Origin: Podarcis cretensis
Lineage: Eukaryota
Reading direction: 5' to 3'
Assembly: GCA_951804945.1 (NCBI GenBank)
Contig: OX638150.1
Coordinates: forward strand, 55,552,001 to 55,616,000
Length of the DNA: 64,000 nucleotides
Shown: one piece after another, positions 10,951-23,933 of the stretch
How positions within the stretch are numbered: position 1 is the first letter of the stretch
Layout: every line of letters starts with the position of its first letter
Position numbers and translations under genes: made by a program
Notes under the pieces: model-generated
The model's input: the letters and a program-made list of their open reading frames with translations, nothing else
What the model was told of the DNA's origin: nothing
Database searches by the model: none

Positions 10951-11814
10951 TTGTCAACGAAACTTTTAAAGTATGGATAGGTGATAACATTCAGTAATAC
11001 TGTATGGCAGGGACCAGTATTAACTTTATAATTGCTGTTCATTATCTGGTACTCTATTTTGTCCATTTTTGTAATTCCACTGTAAAATAGATTTTATATA
11101 CAGTATTGCAAAATTTTCAGGATATATGGTTCGTATAAGTAAAAAAAGTATGCAGGCAGCATAGATACTGTGGAAATGTGAATAAAAACAGTATACGGAG
11201 AAGTGTATTTTGAGCAGTTCATCTGGCATATGTATTCCATAGTTTAATTATAATGGCAAGCAGTTGTCAGGAAAAAAAAAATCTTTTTTGGTCCAGCTGT
11301 AGAAGAAACAAATTAAAATCCTGGCTATGGTGATTCATGTCTAGTAATGCATTCTATGTGCATGTAGGCATAATTCCATGGGGTATATATAGTTTTATTC
11401 ATCCATCCGTTATGTTGTCTTGGTTTAAGTGCAATGCAAAGGCCTCATTGAAACCATTCCATTCCAAAGCTGTAAATGGAATAAGTTTTTTAGTAATTTC
11501 CCCCAGGTGCACTACTGCTTTTTCTTCCTTTTCACATTTAAACCAAGGTTTCATTTTCTGTTCATACAAATGAAACCATAAAGGAAGAGCAGGAAATCTC
11601 TGTGGCCCCCCCCAACTCTTCTCTGTTCCAGCAAGCATGCCCAACGTTTGGGGATGATGAGAGTTGTCGTTCCAACAAGATTAGGAGGCCACAGGATTCC
11701 CTGCCATAAGGAGTCTGTTGTATGCCTGCAGCATAGAAGATTGCATTGATTGTGTTAGCAACGCTTTCTGGTTTTATTTTTTAATGTTGACTTTATTTTC
11801 TTAAAAATTTCTAG

Positions 11815-12093
11815 CACGAAAGACGAAGAAAAAGATAAAAGGAATCCAGCAATCTAGTGTGGCTGCAGGAAGAGAGACTGCAGAAAGTCCCACAAATAAG
11901 GCTGTTGTTCCTGCTTCCCTGCCACAGCTAACGCCTACTCTGGTTTCCCTACTGGAAGTCATTGAACCAGAAGTGATGTTTTCAGGCTATGACAGCACAG
12001 TACCGGACACAACTTGGCGTATTATGTCAACTCTCAATATGCTAGGAGGAAGGCAAGTGGTTGCTGCTGTGAAATGGGCAAAGGCAATACCAG
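11815..12093 (+). CDS. NR3C1: NR3C1 exon 5: NLS/hinge and start of the LBD
   Basis: ttctag|CA acceptor, CAG|gtttgt donor; 279 nt; [13 protein letters not shown]...[15 protein letters not shown]...[20 protein letters not shown]. Confidence 0.98.
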
Positions 12094-12178
12094 GTTTGTA
12101 TATGTATTACATGAATATAGACTATACTTCCTTAATGTAAGTGTGTTTTGCAAGGCCATATTCTGCTCCTAACCATGG

Positions 12179-12730
12179 TAGGCCTGGATGATGTATCAAT
12201 ATATTACCCAGGACCGGTATGAGGGCCAATATACCCAGTGGTATATTGTGGGTGAAGCTGCTTCCACTGCCGAGTCCCTCTGCTGTCAGCGCCCAGTGTG
12301 AGAGGGAGGAACAAGCCACAGTGGGTCTCTGCAGCAGCAGTGATTTCACCTGCAACATACTGCCAGGTGAATCAGCAATTGCACTCTGGCCGTAATGCAA
12401 CTTGTTCTTCCCTCAGCTCGCACAAGCTGGAGGCAAGGTTGGGGCTCCGTTACACTTGAGGGAGCCCTGCAAATGGAGGCTCCCTCCATCTTGGGGCAAG
12501 CAGGAGAAAGAAGTCTCTGGCCTGCGTGGGTGGGGGCCCCAGCTGAACAGCACAAACAAACTGAGTTGTCCCTGCCCATGAGGCACTGGGGTGAAAGTGC
12601 CTCTGCTCCCATGGCGAGAGCTGCAGCAGTTTCACCCTATGCCTTGCGGGCTGGGGCCAATGCAGCATAGTTCACAATCGTGGTTTATTGCCAGATTGTG
12701 ATGTTGAAAACCAAACATTGTCCAGCCCTA
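12179..12730. mobile_element. hAT-like non-autonomous element
   Basis: TAGGCCTGGA ... TCCAGCCCTA ends; degenerate 8-bp TSD AACCATGG / AATCATAG; GC-rich interior explains the stacked spurious ORFs. Confidence 0.65.
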
Positions 12731-12800
12731 AATCATAGGCTTCTTATATTACACTATAAAGAAAGGTTTGGTTTCCTGGTTTCCATTTTGTAACAGCATA

Positions 12801-13014
12801 CAGTGGTACCTTGGGTTAAGTACTTAATTTGTTCCGGAGGTCCGTTCTTAACCTGAATCTGTTCTTAACATGAAGCACCACTTTAGTAATGGGGCCTCCT
12901 ACTGCTGCCGTGTGATTTCTGTTCTCATCCTGAAGCAAAGTTCTTAACCCGAGGTACTATTTCTGGGTTAGCGGAGTCTGTAACCTGAAGTATATGTAAC
13001 CCGAGGTACCACTG
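12801..13014. mobile_element. Tc1/mariner-type (Tigger-like) MITE
   Basis: TIRs CAGTGGTACCTTGGGTT / AACCCGAGGTACCACTG with TA on both sides. Confidence 0.88.
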
Positions 13015-13302
13015 TATAAGTTGCAGTTCTACCTCCAAAATAACATAGAGATAAATTATTCCCTTACTGTTAATTGTTGTGGCTTGCCATGAAAGGAAAA
13101 AAATGAAACAAGAACTAATACTAGGATTGGAAAGTCTCACCAACTTCTTCCCTGGCAGGGAAAAGATTAAACACTCTTTTCCTTAATGTTCCTTTTCCAG
13201 TGGAAATTGCCTCTTCCAAAGAGCATTATACAAAGGAGAGAGCTTGGTTACATTTCACTGCAATATATCAACTGTAATTTGCATATTTGTAGATATTAAT
13301 AT

Positions 13303-13582
13303 GGGACGTGGGTGGCACTGTGGGTTAAACCACAGAGCCTAGGACTTGCCAATCAGAAGGTCAGCGGTTCGAATCCCCGCGATGGGGTGAGCTCCCATTG
13401 CTCGGTCCCTGCTCCTGCCAACCTAGCAGTACACTGCTCTGGTTCACCAAAAGTGGCTTAGTCATGCTGGCCACCTGACCCAGAAGCTGTACGCTGGCTC
13501 CCTCGGCCAATAAAGCGAGATGAGCGCCGCAACCCCAGAGTTGGCCACAACTGGACCTAATGGTCAGGGGTCCCTTTACCTT
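13303..13582 (+). mobile_element. Sauria SINE, older subfamily with an internal deletion
   Basis: GGGACGTGGGTGGCACTGTGGGTTAAA head, B box, CCTTTACCTTT tail; TSD TAGATATTAATAT(G) at 13290 and 13583. Confidence 0.88.
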
Positions 13583-13808
13583 TAGATATTAATATGTCTC
13601 TTATTAACATTTTTTGCTATTTAGCATTACTATTTCATAAAACTATTTTGAATCTTATGTCCCTTTACTGAATTGTTGATGCATTTTGACTCTGGACCCT
13701 CTCAAGAAGTCATTCCGAACTTTAAGATTCAAAATAACACTTTGGACAAGCAGTACTTTAATTACAACAGGAAATGTGCTAGATCTTGTACCTTTTATTT
13801 CCAATCAG

Positions 13809-13953
13809 GTTTCAGAAACTTGCATCTGGATGACCAAATGACACTTCTGCAGTATTCGTGGATGTTTCTGATGGCTTTTGCCCTAGGATGGAGATCATAT
13901 AAACAGGCTAATGGAAGTTTATTGTGTTTTGCACCAGATTTGATCATCAATGA
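13809..13953 (+). CDS. NR3C1: NR3C1 exon 6 (LBD)
   Basis: aatcag|GT acceptor, GA|gtaagt donor; 145 nt; [48 protein letters not shown]. Confidence 0.98.
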
Positions 13954-16320
13954 GTAAGTAGTATTCGAGTCCTTCTCTCTGTGTTTCTAAAGCTTGGCTA
14001 CACTTCTAGAAATGTGTTCTTATAACTTAGGTGCACAATTAGTACTATAATTGTGTATAAAGACATAGCTTATAAAAAACAATTCCTTATTCATTTTTGA
14101 ATTTGAATATTTCAGTAACTTGTACTGCTTATAGAACAGTAGAAATGAAGGTATTAAAAAATCTCTTTTGGCTTTTACTTTAATAATGCATAACTACATC
14201 TGTCTGTTGAAAATGATAACACCACAGTGGTGTTCCTCCTGTGCAACACAAGTTGGCAGGATGAGAGCCACTGTGGTGCAATAGTTAGGAAGTGTCATAC
14301 TATGACAAGGGGCACCCAGGTTCAATTCAGCATGAAGCTCATTAGGAGAACCTAATGTGCATATGTTAGTTGGCAACCTAATTTGGCTAAATTTAAATTA
14401 CCAGAAGCAAGCCAAAGGTGAGGTGGGGAATGATGAGTTGGTTAGGTTTGTTTTGCATCGTGATGATGTCCACAGCAGGATAGTAGTAGTCGGGGGGGGG
14501 GGCACAAAATATGTTAGCGATGTCTCCCAGTAAAATAGTTGTTAGAATATATGAACAATCCATCTCCACTTTATGATGCTTTGAATATATTAACAAGGTT
14601 ACTTTTGTGAGTACTAGGGTTAGGTCACAGTTCAATTGATTGGTCAAATATATCTATTAGAGTGCCTGTCTACTATTAATAAATATTCAACTAAGCAAAG
14701 AATATATTTAGATTTGTTTGTTACTGTTTAGGTTTTTCTTTTTGCTCGTTATAGCAGTATGCTATTTGGGTACCTTGCATTTCACTATTAGATGAAATAA
14801 CTGGTTAAAGTAGGGGTGCTATGCACAGTTGTGCTGAGAATCCAAAATGGGGGTGGGTAGGCAGACAGTAGAACGAAGGATAATATAGGCGGGTTGAAAT
14901 GGCATAGCATTTGACCTTTTACTGAAATTATACAAATTGATAAAGGCTGAATGCCACAGAGGATACACTCCTCTGGAGACTAATTTCTCTCTTACCCTTT
15001 GACCTGTGAGATTTTTCCACAGACTCCGCTTTTCACATTCTAAAACTGCCATCTTTCATAGTGCATGTTTGTCTTGTTTAATTCAAATTTTGAAATGCTC
15101 TAGCTTACTGACACCACAATAATAATAGTTCCATTATCATACCTCTATATTTGTCTAACATTATTTGTTGACAACTATGAACTGATATTGCCTGGCTACA
15201 TTGACCTTGTTTTTGCATATGTGAATCCTTTTGTCATAATAAGTTAAGAGCATTAAATGTTCCTTCCACTCAAATAAACCCTTCCCTTCAGATGCCCTTT
15301 GCAGACAGTGTTTCACATAATAAATGGTGACACTTCTAATACATATGATACTGTAGCACAGAATCCTAGTAACGCAGTAATGGTATTTGCATGGCACTGT
15401 AACATTGCACAATTGAAAAAAGCTCTGAAACAATAAGTAACTGCTAAATCTTAACACATCTGTTATTTCTGTATTTTGTGTGAGAACAGTTTGTATATTT
15501 ATTCCTCAAAAGCAAGCCTTTTTACATTTTTGTAACATTTCTGATGGTGGTAGATATTTTCTGCAGCAGGGCCAGAATAGTCAGTTGTGGGATGTTCTCA
15601 CCACTTTCTGTAGACACTTGGTGCAGTTTCATGAAAAAATTACATACTGTAACAACATAGGTAGATTCAGTTTACGGCAAACCTCGATGCCCTACAAGGA
15701 TCTTGATGAACAGAATTTGACCTGGCTGTTAAAAAAAAAGCTTTCTCAAGTGTTGTGTTATTCTAGTCACCCAAATAGAAAACTTGTATCAAATTCTATT
15801 GAGCAACTACAAAAAGGATGGACTATGATCTCATCCTTAATGACTTTGTTCCTCCCTGAAGAAGCCTGTCTTGCATGTTGACCTACAGCACTGTAATCTT
15901 CATTGCTTGCTTTAGTGGACAAATAATTTCTTCTACTGTGAGGCTTCTTCTCTTTTGCTACAGTGCATTTTGACTGTTTTATCCTTCATTAACCCAATCT
16001 TGACCTGAAAGAAACAATGCATCAGATTGTTTGCGTCAAAAATAGAGGCTTAATATAACCACCTGTATACTTTGAAATATGACGGTTTCCCAATGAAACA
16101 CAGTATGTGGAAATTCTATATCATTCCCTGTATTGAATGCAGTGAATTTTTTTTTAAAAAAAAAAAAACCTGAGTGATAAATTTATCATAGTTAAATTTA
16201 TTGGTTTTTATTCTGTTATGTGGATTGAGAAGGAAGCTGAAAAAGTAGCTTACTGAGATATACTGTGCTTTTCCTGATTCTGATTATTGATGCTGAGGTT
16301 TTCTGGTTAACCCACCATAT

Positions 16321-16403
16321 ATGTGAGGGCGATCTGGCTGTGACATCTGTCACCCCATTGATCACCAGGGTTGATTTGGCTGGCTAGGCAGGTGTCCCCT
16401 TCC
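16321..16403 (+). pseudogene. RN7SK: 3'-truncated 7SK snRNA retrocopy (5' hairpin region)
   Basis: ATGTGAGGGCGATCTGGCTGTGACATCTGTCACCCCATTGATCACCAGGGTTGATT-TGGCTGGCTAGGCAGGTGTCCCCTTCC matches the vertebrate 7SK 5' end with CpG decay and a ~9-nt deletion; flanking CCATATAT direct repeat (16315-16322 / 16402-16409). Confidence 0.92.
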
Positions 16404-16970
16404 ATATATAGGAACATAGGAAACTGCCTATACCAATCAAAATGGTTTTATTCATTTCTATTATTATTAAAATTGTATACCACCCTATACCTGCAGGTCT
16501 CAGGGCAGTTCACAGGATAAACTTCATAACTTAGATGGCAAAGCATATAAGTTAATATAAACCCTCCACAGAAGATTGATGCCTGTATGAAATGAGCTCT
16601 TCAGATCATAGTGTAATAGATAATGGATTTTTGTCCTTGCAATCTCGAAGTAGAAGTCTCAGCCACCATAAGAGCTAACACAATCCACTTTTTCTGCCCA
16701 CCCATTAATGCTACAGGGATATAGTTTTAAAGTACATGATCATCTGCAAATACCAAGGATTTCACCAATATAAAATTGATAAGGGTAGCAACTTCAAACA
16801 AAAAGGAATATATTATACTACAAAAACACATAAAAGGTTAAATAACAGGAAGTATCGTAATATGGGAGGGCATTTATTTATCTATAAATGAATGCTTCAA
16901 AAAATACCCACCACCTTTCATTAACATTATTTCCAAGAAAATACTGCTGCAGCCTTTTAGTCAGCATCTA

Positions 16971-17318
16971 TAAAGCCTCAGCGCCTAGGACTTGCCGATC
17001 GAAAGGTCGGCGGTTCGAATCCCTGCGGCAGGGTGCGCTCCCGCTGCTCGGTCCCAGCGCCTGCCAACCTAGCAGTTCGAAAGCACCTCCGGGTGCAAGT
17101 AGATAAATAGGGACCGCTTACTAGCGGGAAGGTAAACGGCGTTTCCGTGTGCGGCTCTGGCTCTGGCTCTGGCCAGAGCAGCGATGTCACGCTGGCCACG
17201 TGACCCGGAAGTGTCTCCGGACAGCGCTGGCCCCTGGCCTCTTAAGTGAGATGGGCGCACAACCCCAGAGTCTGTCAAGACTGGCCCGTACGGGCAGGGG
17301 TACCTTTACCTTTACCTT
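16971..17318 (+). mobile_element. Sauria SINE, young, slightly 5'-truncated
   Basis: Near-identical to the 10554 copy from TAAAGCCTCAG onward; (CTCTGG)3 slippage expansion; ACCTTT tail. Confidence 0.9.
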
Positions 17319-18623
17319 ACATTTACAAGAGACTATGAGGTGCTGCTTACCCAGCTGACAGGAAACTGCATGCAGAGAGACTGTAGTCTTAGCCAGCTCC
17401 ATTGGCCTGTGCTGTTTTGCTGACTCCACATACATAGTCCTTGTTATGCAGCTTGATGGATATCTATGCACTTCTAGTTCTCTGAAGTGAAGGTCTAGGA
17501 ATAAGTGAGAAAAGGAGAGATACATGAATTAAAGGTTCGCCACTTTCAGTCTCATTTAATGAGGTTAAATGAAGCATCTGATAAGTGAAGTTGTGAGAAA
17601 TATAGGTGCTTCTCAGAGTAGTTTGTGTATTACGGGAGGGTATCTGCCTTTTCAGACTTTCACTATAATGGGAATGCAGAACAGATGTATTGGCACTAGT
17701 TCAGGCGTATGGCTGGCACTTCCATTTGAGCTTGGGAGGAGGGACAGACCTCTGTGGAAGAAGTAATCTAGTTTCCCAGTAATTTTTACTCCTTGGAATG
17801 CTGATCATTTCCCTGAATATTTGAGCATTTCAATTTTCTTAATGTCAGTATACCAGTTTAAGGTATAAATTGCACAATGAAAATGTGACTATTTCTGAAC
17901 TCCTAATTCCTGTATCAGTCCATAATGTCTTGCTTTAATCAGTCATGGATGCAATATCAGAGCTTATCTCCCAGCCAAGTGTTGTTTGCTAAAACGCCTT
18001 AACAAAGCGCTCGCTCTCTGCGTGTGTGTCTGTGTATGAGAGAAACAGGAAATACAAGTTGGTAGGCTACTGTATCTTATGAGACTTGCAAGTGGCATGT
18101 AGTACAGCCTGACTTGCATAAATTCTGTATTGCACAATATAAATTTCCATTAGTGATGGTGTAAATCTTTTCCACCTCCCATTTGCTAATTTAATTTCAC
18201 ACCTATGGATAACTGTTGGTTAACCAATAATTTTACTAATGGAAATTACCTATGACCTTTCATCTATTAAGCAAAAAATAATTTCAGGTAATTTATCTAG
18301 CAAAATAAGAATACACAGGGCTTTATATAACCTCTTCTACTGTAGCCCTCATAAACTAAAATTACTCAAGGAGCCTGCATAGTAGCCATCCGTCTCAGTT
18401 CATTAGGTAGGGGAACCTGGAGAATGACATCTGATGAGGCATTGCAGAAGTAGCTTTGCCCCAACTCATTTAGGTTATTAAACGTTAAAACCAGCACTTG
18501 GAACTGGAAACTGACTACAAGGTACTACAGATGATCAAGCACTGGTATGATATAATTATATTTATAGGGTCCCATTCATTCATTCATTCACTCACTCACT
18601 CATTCATTTTTTACTACTACTTC

Positions 18624-18790
18624 ATTTATATGCCGCCCATCTGACTGGGTTGCCCAAACAACTCTGGGCAGCTCCCCATCCATAACTTAGTCAACCTGTT
18701 TTGGACCAACTGAAGCTTCCAGACTGTTTTGGAGGGTAGATCTGTGCAGAATGCATTGCAGTAATCTGAGTGGTAGGTTACCAACCTATG
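18624..18790 (-). mobile_element. L2-type LINE 3' fragment
   Basis: SDYCNAFCTDLPSKTVWKLQLVQN resembles the L2 ORF2 motif LDYCN...KLQLVQN, fused to a GGGCAACCCAGTCAGATGGGCGG tail also seen at ~40075-40150 and ~41900-41990. Confidence 0.7.
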
Positions 18791-21694
18791 GCTATAGCAA
18801 TTTAGCTGAAGCAGATGTAAGGCAATTGTAGAATGAAAAATTGGACCACCAAGATTATATTTATGTTCTGAATAGATAGCTCTGCTTAGGAACCCATAGT
18901 CTAAGCTATTCAAAAATAAATATACATACTCAGAATAGGAGCAAGTGTATTCACATAACATATACCACAGGGAGGAAGTGGGAATTGTAATTGCAGGGTA
19001 GTTATAATGTAATTACACTGCAGATTTGCTGTAGCACCATATCATTACTAATTATTCATTTTCCTAGAAGAGAAGGTTAGCTGTAGGAATGTTACTCACT
19101 GTTCATGCTTATTTTATATAATTATTCTCACTTGTGCACTTTAAGGCCACAGTTACAAGTAGTCCCTATTCCCAGTGCTCCTTAATTGCACAGTGCAGCT
19201 ATTTAGCACAATTTAATGGTCAATATCAACTGGTTAGGAAACATTGGTTGATGAAACTTAACAATAATCAAACACTTATCCAAATTCAAAGTACTCATTA
19301 AAACAAAAGCTACCCATTAAATTTAGCTGCCAGCTTTCCCCAAGCTGATGTCCTCCCCATATTTTGCACTTCAGATCCCATCGTCCATGACTATTGGCCA
19401 TGCTTGCTGAAGCTGATGAAAGTTGGGAGAGCCAAAGATCTGGAGACCATCAGATTTGGAAAGGCTGACTTGAGCTATTCTGATCCCTCTGGAAACTCAT
19501 AAGATGGCCATGAAGGAAATAGGCTTTTCATGTTGGTTGTCCATAGCATCTGATAATTTATTTTATTGGAGATATGCTTGTTCTGCTTTTTGAGAAAATC
19601 CTTCACAAAGCATCTTACATATTTCATAAAAGTTTTTCTTAAAAAAGCAGCTGTTAAGTGTGGTGTAGTGGATAAAGTGCAGGATTAGGACCCGGCATAG
19701 CAGTTTTCAAATCTGTAATCAGCCATGAAGCTTACTGGGTGAACTTGGGTATAACTGACTTCCGGTGTTATGTATGCCACCTGGAGCTTCTTGCAGTCAA
19801 TAATACATAAAATTAGAATAAACAGTAACATTAAAATAACCAGCACAACACAGAAATGATTTGACCCTACCCCAGTTAACTACCATCAATCCATATCCTC
19901 ACCCATCTGGTGGGTGCTGAAGCAGGCCTTCTGAACTAGATTTTAAGATATAGACACTACTACATGGGTGCAGGCGGTTCTTTGAATAATATTGAACTAA
20001 GCTGTTTGGGGCTTTAAACATATTAATGAACACTTTGCATTGAGTTTAGAAACACAGTTCAGCAAAAAGAACACTAGAACAGTGTGACATATGTTGGGCC
20101 AGTAGTTGGAACTTTTGGAAAGGGGTTTTTTTTTGTGTGTGGATTTTATGTTTAGGGCTCAGATGGAACCTTCAGCAAATTACTTATTCCTCTGCTTTTA
20201 GTGTTGAGTTGGCTGGTTGACTGATTTGATTTTAAAAGATTGCCTAAAGGTGGAAAGGCAGGATATCATTCAAGGTGGTTTGCAAACATAATGCCATTTA
20301 CAAGGGACTCTGCAAGGTCCAGCTCCCTGCACCTGATGTTTGTTCAGGTTCTGGCAGCCTTGGGGCAAATAGCAAGTCCTCCTCAAACCAAATCTGAGAG
20401 CAGAGCCAGAAAATGTGCCCAGGATCAGAAGGTCATAGCAGCTCCTGTCACATTCTTCTTCCTACGTTGCCACAGCAAATGTGGGGTCACAGAGTCAAAG
20501 GATTTTGGAGTTGCAAGGGATCTAGTCCAACCCCCTGCAATGCAGGTATATGCAGCTGTACCATACACAGATTGAATAAGCAACATTGCTGTTATCAGCG
20601 CCATGCTCCAAACAGCTGAGCTATGCTGAAATAAGTAACTGCCCAAGATTACTAAATAAGTTCAATGCAAGTTACTTGTCTTCATCTACTCCAGCAGTCT
20701 ATTTCCAATAGTGGCCAGAAAATTGCCTCTGGGCAGCTTACAAGCAAGGCATTATGGCAGTTGATGTCACGGGCACCTGGTGTTCATAGGTGTGCTGTCT
20801 CTGAACAAAGAGGTTCTATTTAGCCATTGTGGCTGATAGGATCTTCAATGGTCTGAGCAGCTTTGGGTGGATTGAACCAAGGAAAGGTATAGTGGGAACA
20901 GTTTAACAGGGATGGATATCACCCCCATGTTTTGAAAGTGCTAGTACCTCTCCCTGTTCATTTGTATTGGGGAGGAGTTATACTAGCTCTCACATAAAGT
21001 GTGTACTGCATGATAATTGTGGCAAGTAATGATACAGGATTCTAAAATTGCAGGCTTTCAAAGCATCTAAAATATGACCTACAGCTTAGCACATCTTGAG
21101 TCTCAAAGCTACGCCCCACATCCTCTTCAAGCAATAACATATCACAGGGTGTGGGCCTTTCTGCTAGCTACACCCTGTTGTCAAAGTGCAAAAGGGATAT
21201 AAATTTGAAAATAGAAAAAAGCAATATTAATTCAACAAACGCAGTTCTAAAATTGAACTGATCTTGCTGTTTTCTTAGCCATTAAAAAATATCAGTATTT
21301 TATCAGTAAATACCAGTATATAAAATATCCCGCCCAAACATTTAATAAGGTGAAATAAAGTCCTAAGAATTGGCTTAAACTCTAAAGACAAAGGGGAGAC
21401 GCTTACATTAGTAATCTACCTTCCTTTGTGGCCAGCCTGGAAATTCAAATATCTTCTCAACAGGCTAGTAGATCAGGGAAAGCGCTAATAAACTGGCTTC
21501 CTTCCTTCAATGCCATCCCCAATCCCATGGATTGTCAAGAGAAGGAGTAGAGGGTTTTGTTCCTCCTCTGCCAACCCACTCTGTCATCAGTATGGAATTC
21601 CTTCCTGGTCATCTATGGCTACAAGTCTAGTTGTAGTTTTATTGTGTTGCCTTGTTAATAACTTATGCCTAGACGATTTGTAAATAATGGAATA

Positions 21695-21772
21695 CAGTCA
21701 TACCTTATGCGCCACTGCAGGTTGTGAACCTGCATCCCGCATGGAACACGTTCGCAACCCGAGCGTCCACTG
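21695..21772. mobile_element. Internally deleted Tc1/mariner-type MITE remnant
   Basis: TA|CAGT...ACTG|TA ends; AACCCGAG subterminal motif as in the 12801 element. Confidence 0.55.
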
Positions 21773-22102
21773 TACAGGAGAATCCATAAGTGCAATAAGT
21801 TTTAAAAGGAAAAGATTGTATACTTATACAGCAGAAAGGTCAGAAGGGAAATTCTGTAAATATCTATTTTACCCTTCATGATAAAATACCATTTTACTAT
21901 TATGAGTAAACCTTTCACAATAATATTAAAACTGCAGTTTATTTAAAGGCGTTGCTTTGCAACTTCATTTGGAAAAAGTATGCGTACCTTACTAGCCTAT
22001 AATTTCTGGAATTCATGTAAATAGAGGCATCTCCTTACTGGTAAACAAGGTACAAATTAATTTTGTACTGATTCAGATGTGTATATTCTATTTACTCCTC
22101 AG

Positions 22103-22233
22103 GCAGAGAATGAATTTACCCTGTATGTATGAACAATGCAAGCGTTTGCTGATGGTTACTAATGAGTTAGCACGTCTTCAAGTTTCATACGAGGAATATC
22201 TCTGCATGAAAACCTTGCTGCTTCTCTCTACAA
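22103..22233 (+). CDS. NR3C1: NR3C1 exon 7 (LBD)
   Basis: cctcag|G acceptor, A|gtacgt donor; 131 nt; [43 protein letters not shown]; missed by the ORF track. Confidence 0.97.
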
Positions 22234-23146
22234 GTACGTGAACATTGGTGATTCCTCTTTTTTTAAAAAAAAAAACACACAACCAAAACCACTTTTTAAA
22301 GAGTTCTCCTTCAACACTGATCTGGGAACTGAATTTAGAACTCTCAGATCCACTTTATTAGAGAGTTCTGTGGCCACCACATTTTGTCAGTCTTGGGTCA
22401 GCATTTGTGTACCTCATAAATGATAGTCCAAAAATATGTTTAAATTATTTTGAAATTAACAATTTGTCACAATATCTATTGGACCAAACCGATTTTGCCA
22501 CCAGAAATAACTAAAATGTTCAATTCTTAAACGGGTTCAAGCTTTGTGGTAGCTGGAGAGCTGATGAAAGTGGCAGTTTGCACATAAATGCTTGGACAAG
22601 GAAGCTCTGTTCAGACTTAAGTAGACTCTGATAATAGGTATGAGTCTCTGGTATGTTCAAAGCCCAGTAGTGTCCTGTGGAGGAGAAATTTGCAGAAGCT
22701 TTTTCAGTAGAAGGGAGTTTTATTTTTCTAGGTACACTAGAAGAATAAACAGAATCAATATCCATTTATTTCTTCCTGGAAATACAACCATTTGGAGACA
22801 CGGTTGATGGATGAATCCAGGAAACAATAATCTCCATGGTGCAAAATCTTACAACCATACTATGTCTATGGACAAGGTCACTTAGAATTTCCTATAATTT
22901 GAGAGGTTTGTGCACAAGTGCTACATACTGTCTTAGACTACAAAACCAAAACGGCCTTTTAATGGTGTTATTCACAATACTTATTTTATGTGGAAACTCT
23001 GAACTCTCTGCAATTGTCTGCATAAATACCCACAATTTAAAACCATGATTCTAACTTCTCTTGTCTTGGTTTACGGTAAATAGAAACATCCTGTTGTAGG
23101 ACGCTTACAAACGCAGGTAATCTAAAAACTAATCTCAATATTTCAG

Positions 23147-23304
23147 TTCCTAAGGAGGGTTTGAGGAGTCAGGCTCTGTTTGATGAAATTCGTATGACCT
23201 ACATCAAAGAACTGGGAAAAGCTATAGTGAAGAGAGAGGGAAACTCGAGCCAGAACTGGCAGCGATTTTATCAACTGACAAAACTTTTGGACTCCATGCA
23301 TGAT
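23147..23304 (+). CDS. NR3C1: NR3C1 exon 8 (LBD)
   Basis: tttcag|TT acceptor, GAT|gtaagt donor; 158 nt; [53 protein letters not shown]. Confidence 0.98.
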
Positions 23305-23780
23305 GTAAGTTTTGCTTCCATACATTGATTCTGTGCAATTTGAGGTTGTACCAATGTGGATGAAACCTGGCCAATGAAAAAGCCATCTAGGCACAGCTTT
23401 CCTGATGGTAAAGCTAAGGTTCTTCAGAAAGGTACCTTTCTGGACTCCCACTGCCCCTTCTAGGCCATTGATTGTACAGTATTCCAGTAAGTAGGGATGC
23501 AGGCAAAGAAGACATTAGTGCATCCCTCACAGGGCCACTCTGCCACCAACTGCCCTGTGGGAAGGATCCTGATGGCATTTTATATGTCAGTATTTCATTG
23601 CGGATTTTTATAACAAGAGTTTTACTCGTAAACAGCTTTGAAATCTGATTTAAGCCAGCATTCTTTTGTCAGTTTTAATTTGTGCTGTGATATATTTAAC
23701 GTCTTGCAGCATTTTATATATGCTACACTGTATTGATAATTCAGGCTCCCTTTAAGAAATTATTCTCTTATCATTTGCAG

Positions 23781-23933
23781 GTGGTTGAGAATCTTCTAAG
23801 CTTTTGCTTCCAAACGTTTTTGGATAAATCCATGAGTATTGAATTTCCAGAAATGTTGGCAGAAATCATCAGCAATCAGTTACCAAAATATTCAAATGGG
23901 AATATCAAGAAACTCCTATTTCATCAGAAGTGA
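23781..23933 (+). CDS. NR3C1: NR3C1 exon 9alpha coding part (AF-2 helix, stop TGA)
   Basis: ttgcag|GTG acceptor; [50 protein letters not shown], the GR-alpha C-terminus. Confidence 0.98.
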   Translation: MVENLLSFCFQTFLDKSMSIEFPEMLAEIISNQLPKYSNGNIKKLLFHQK

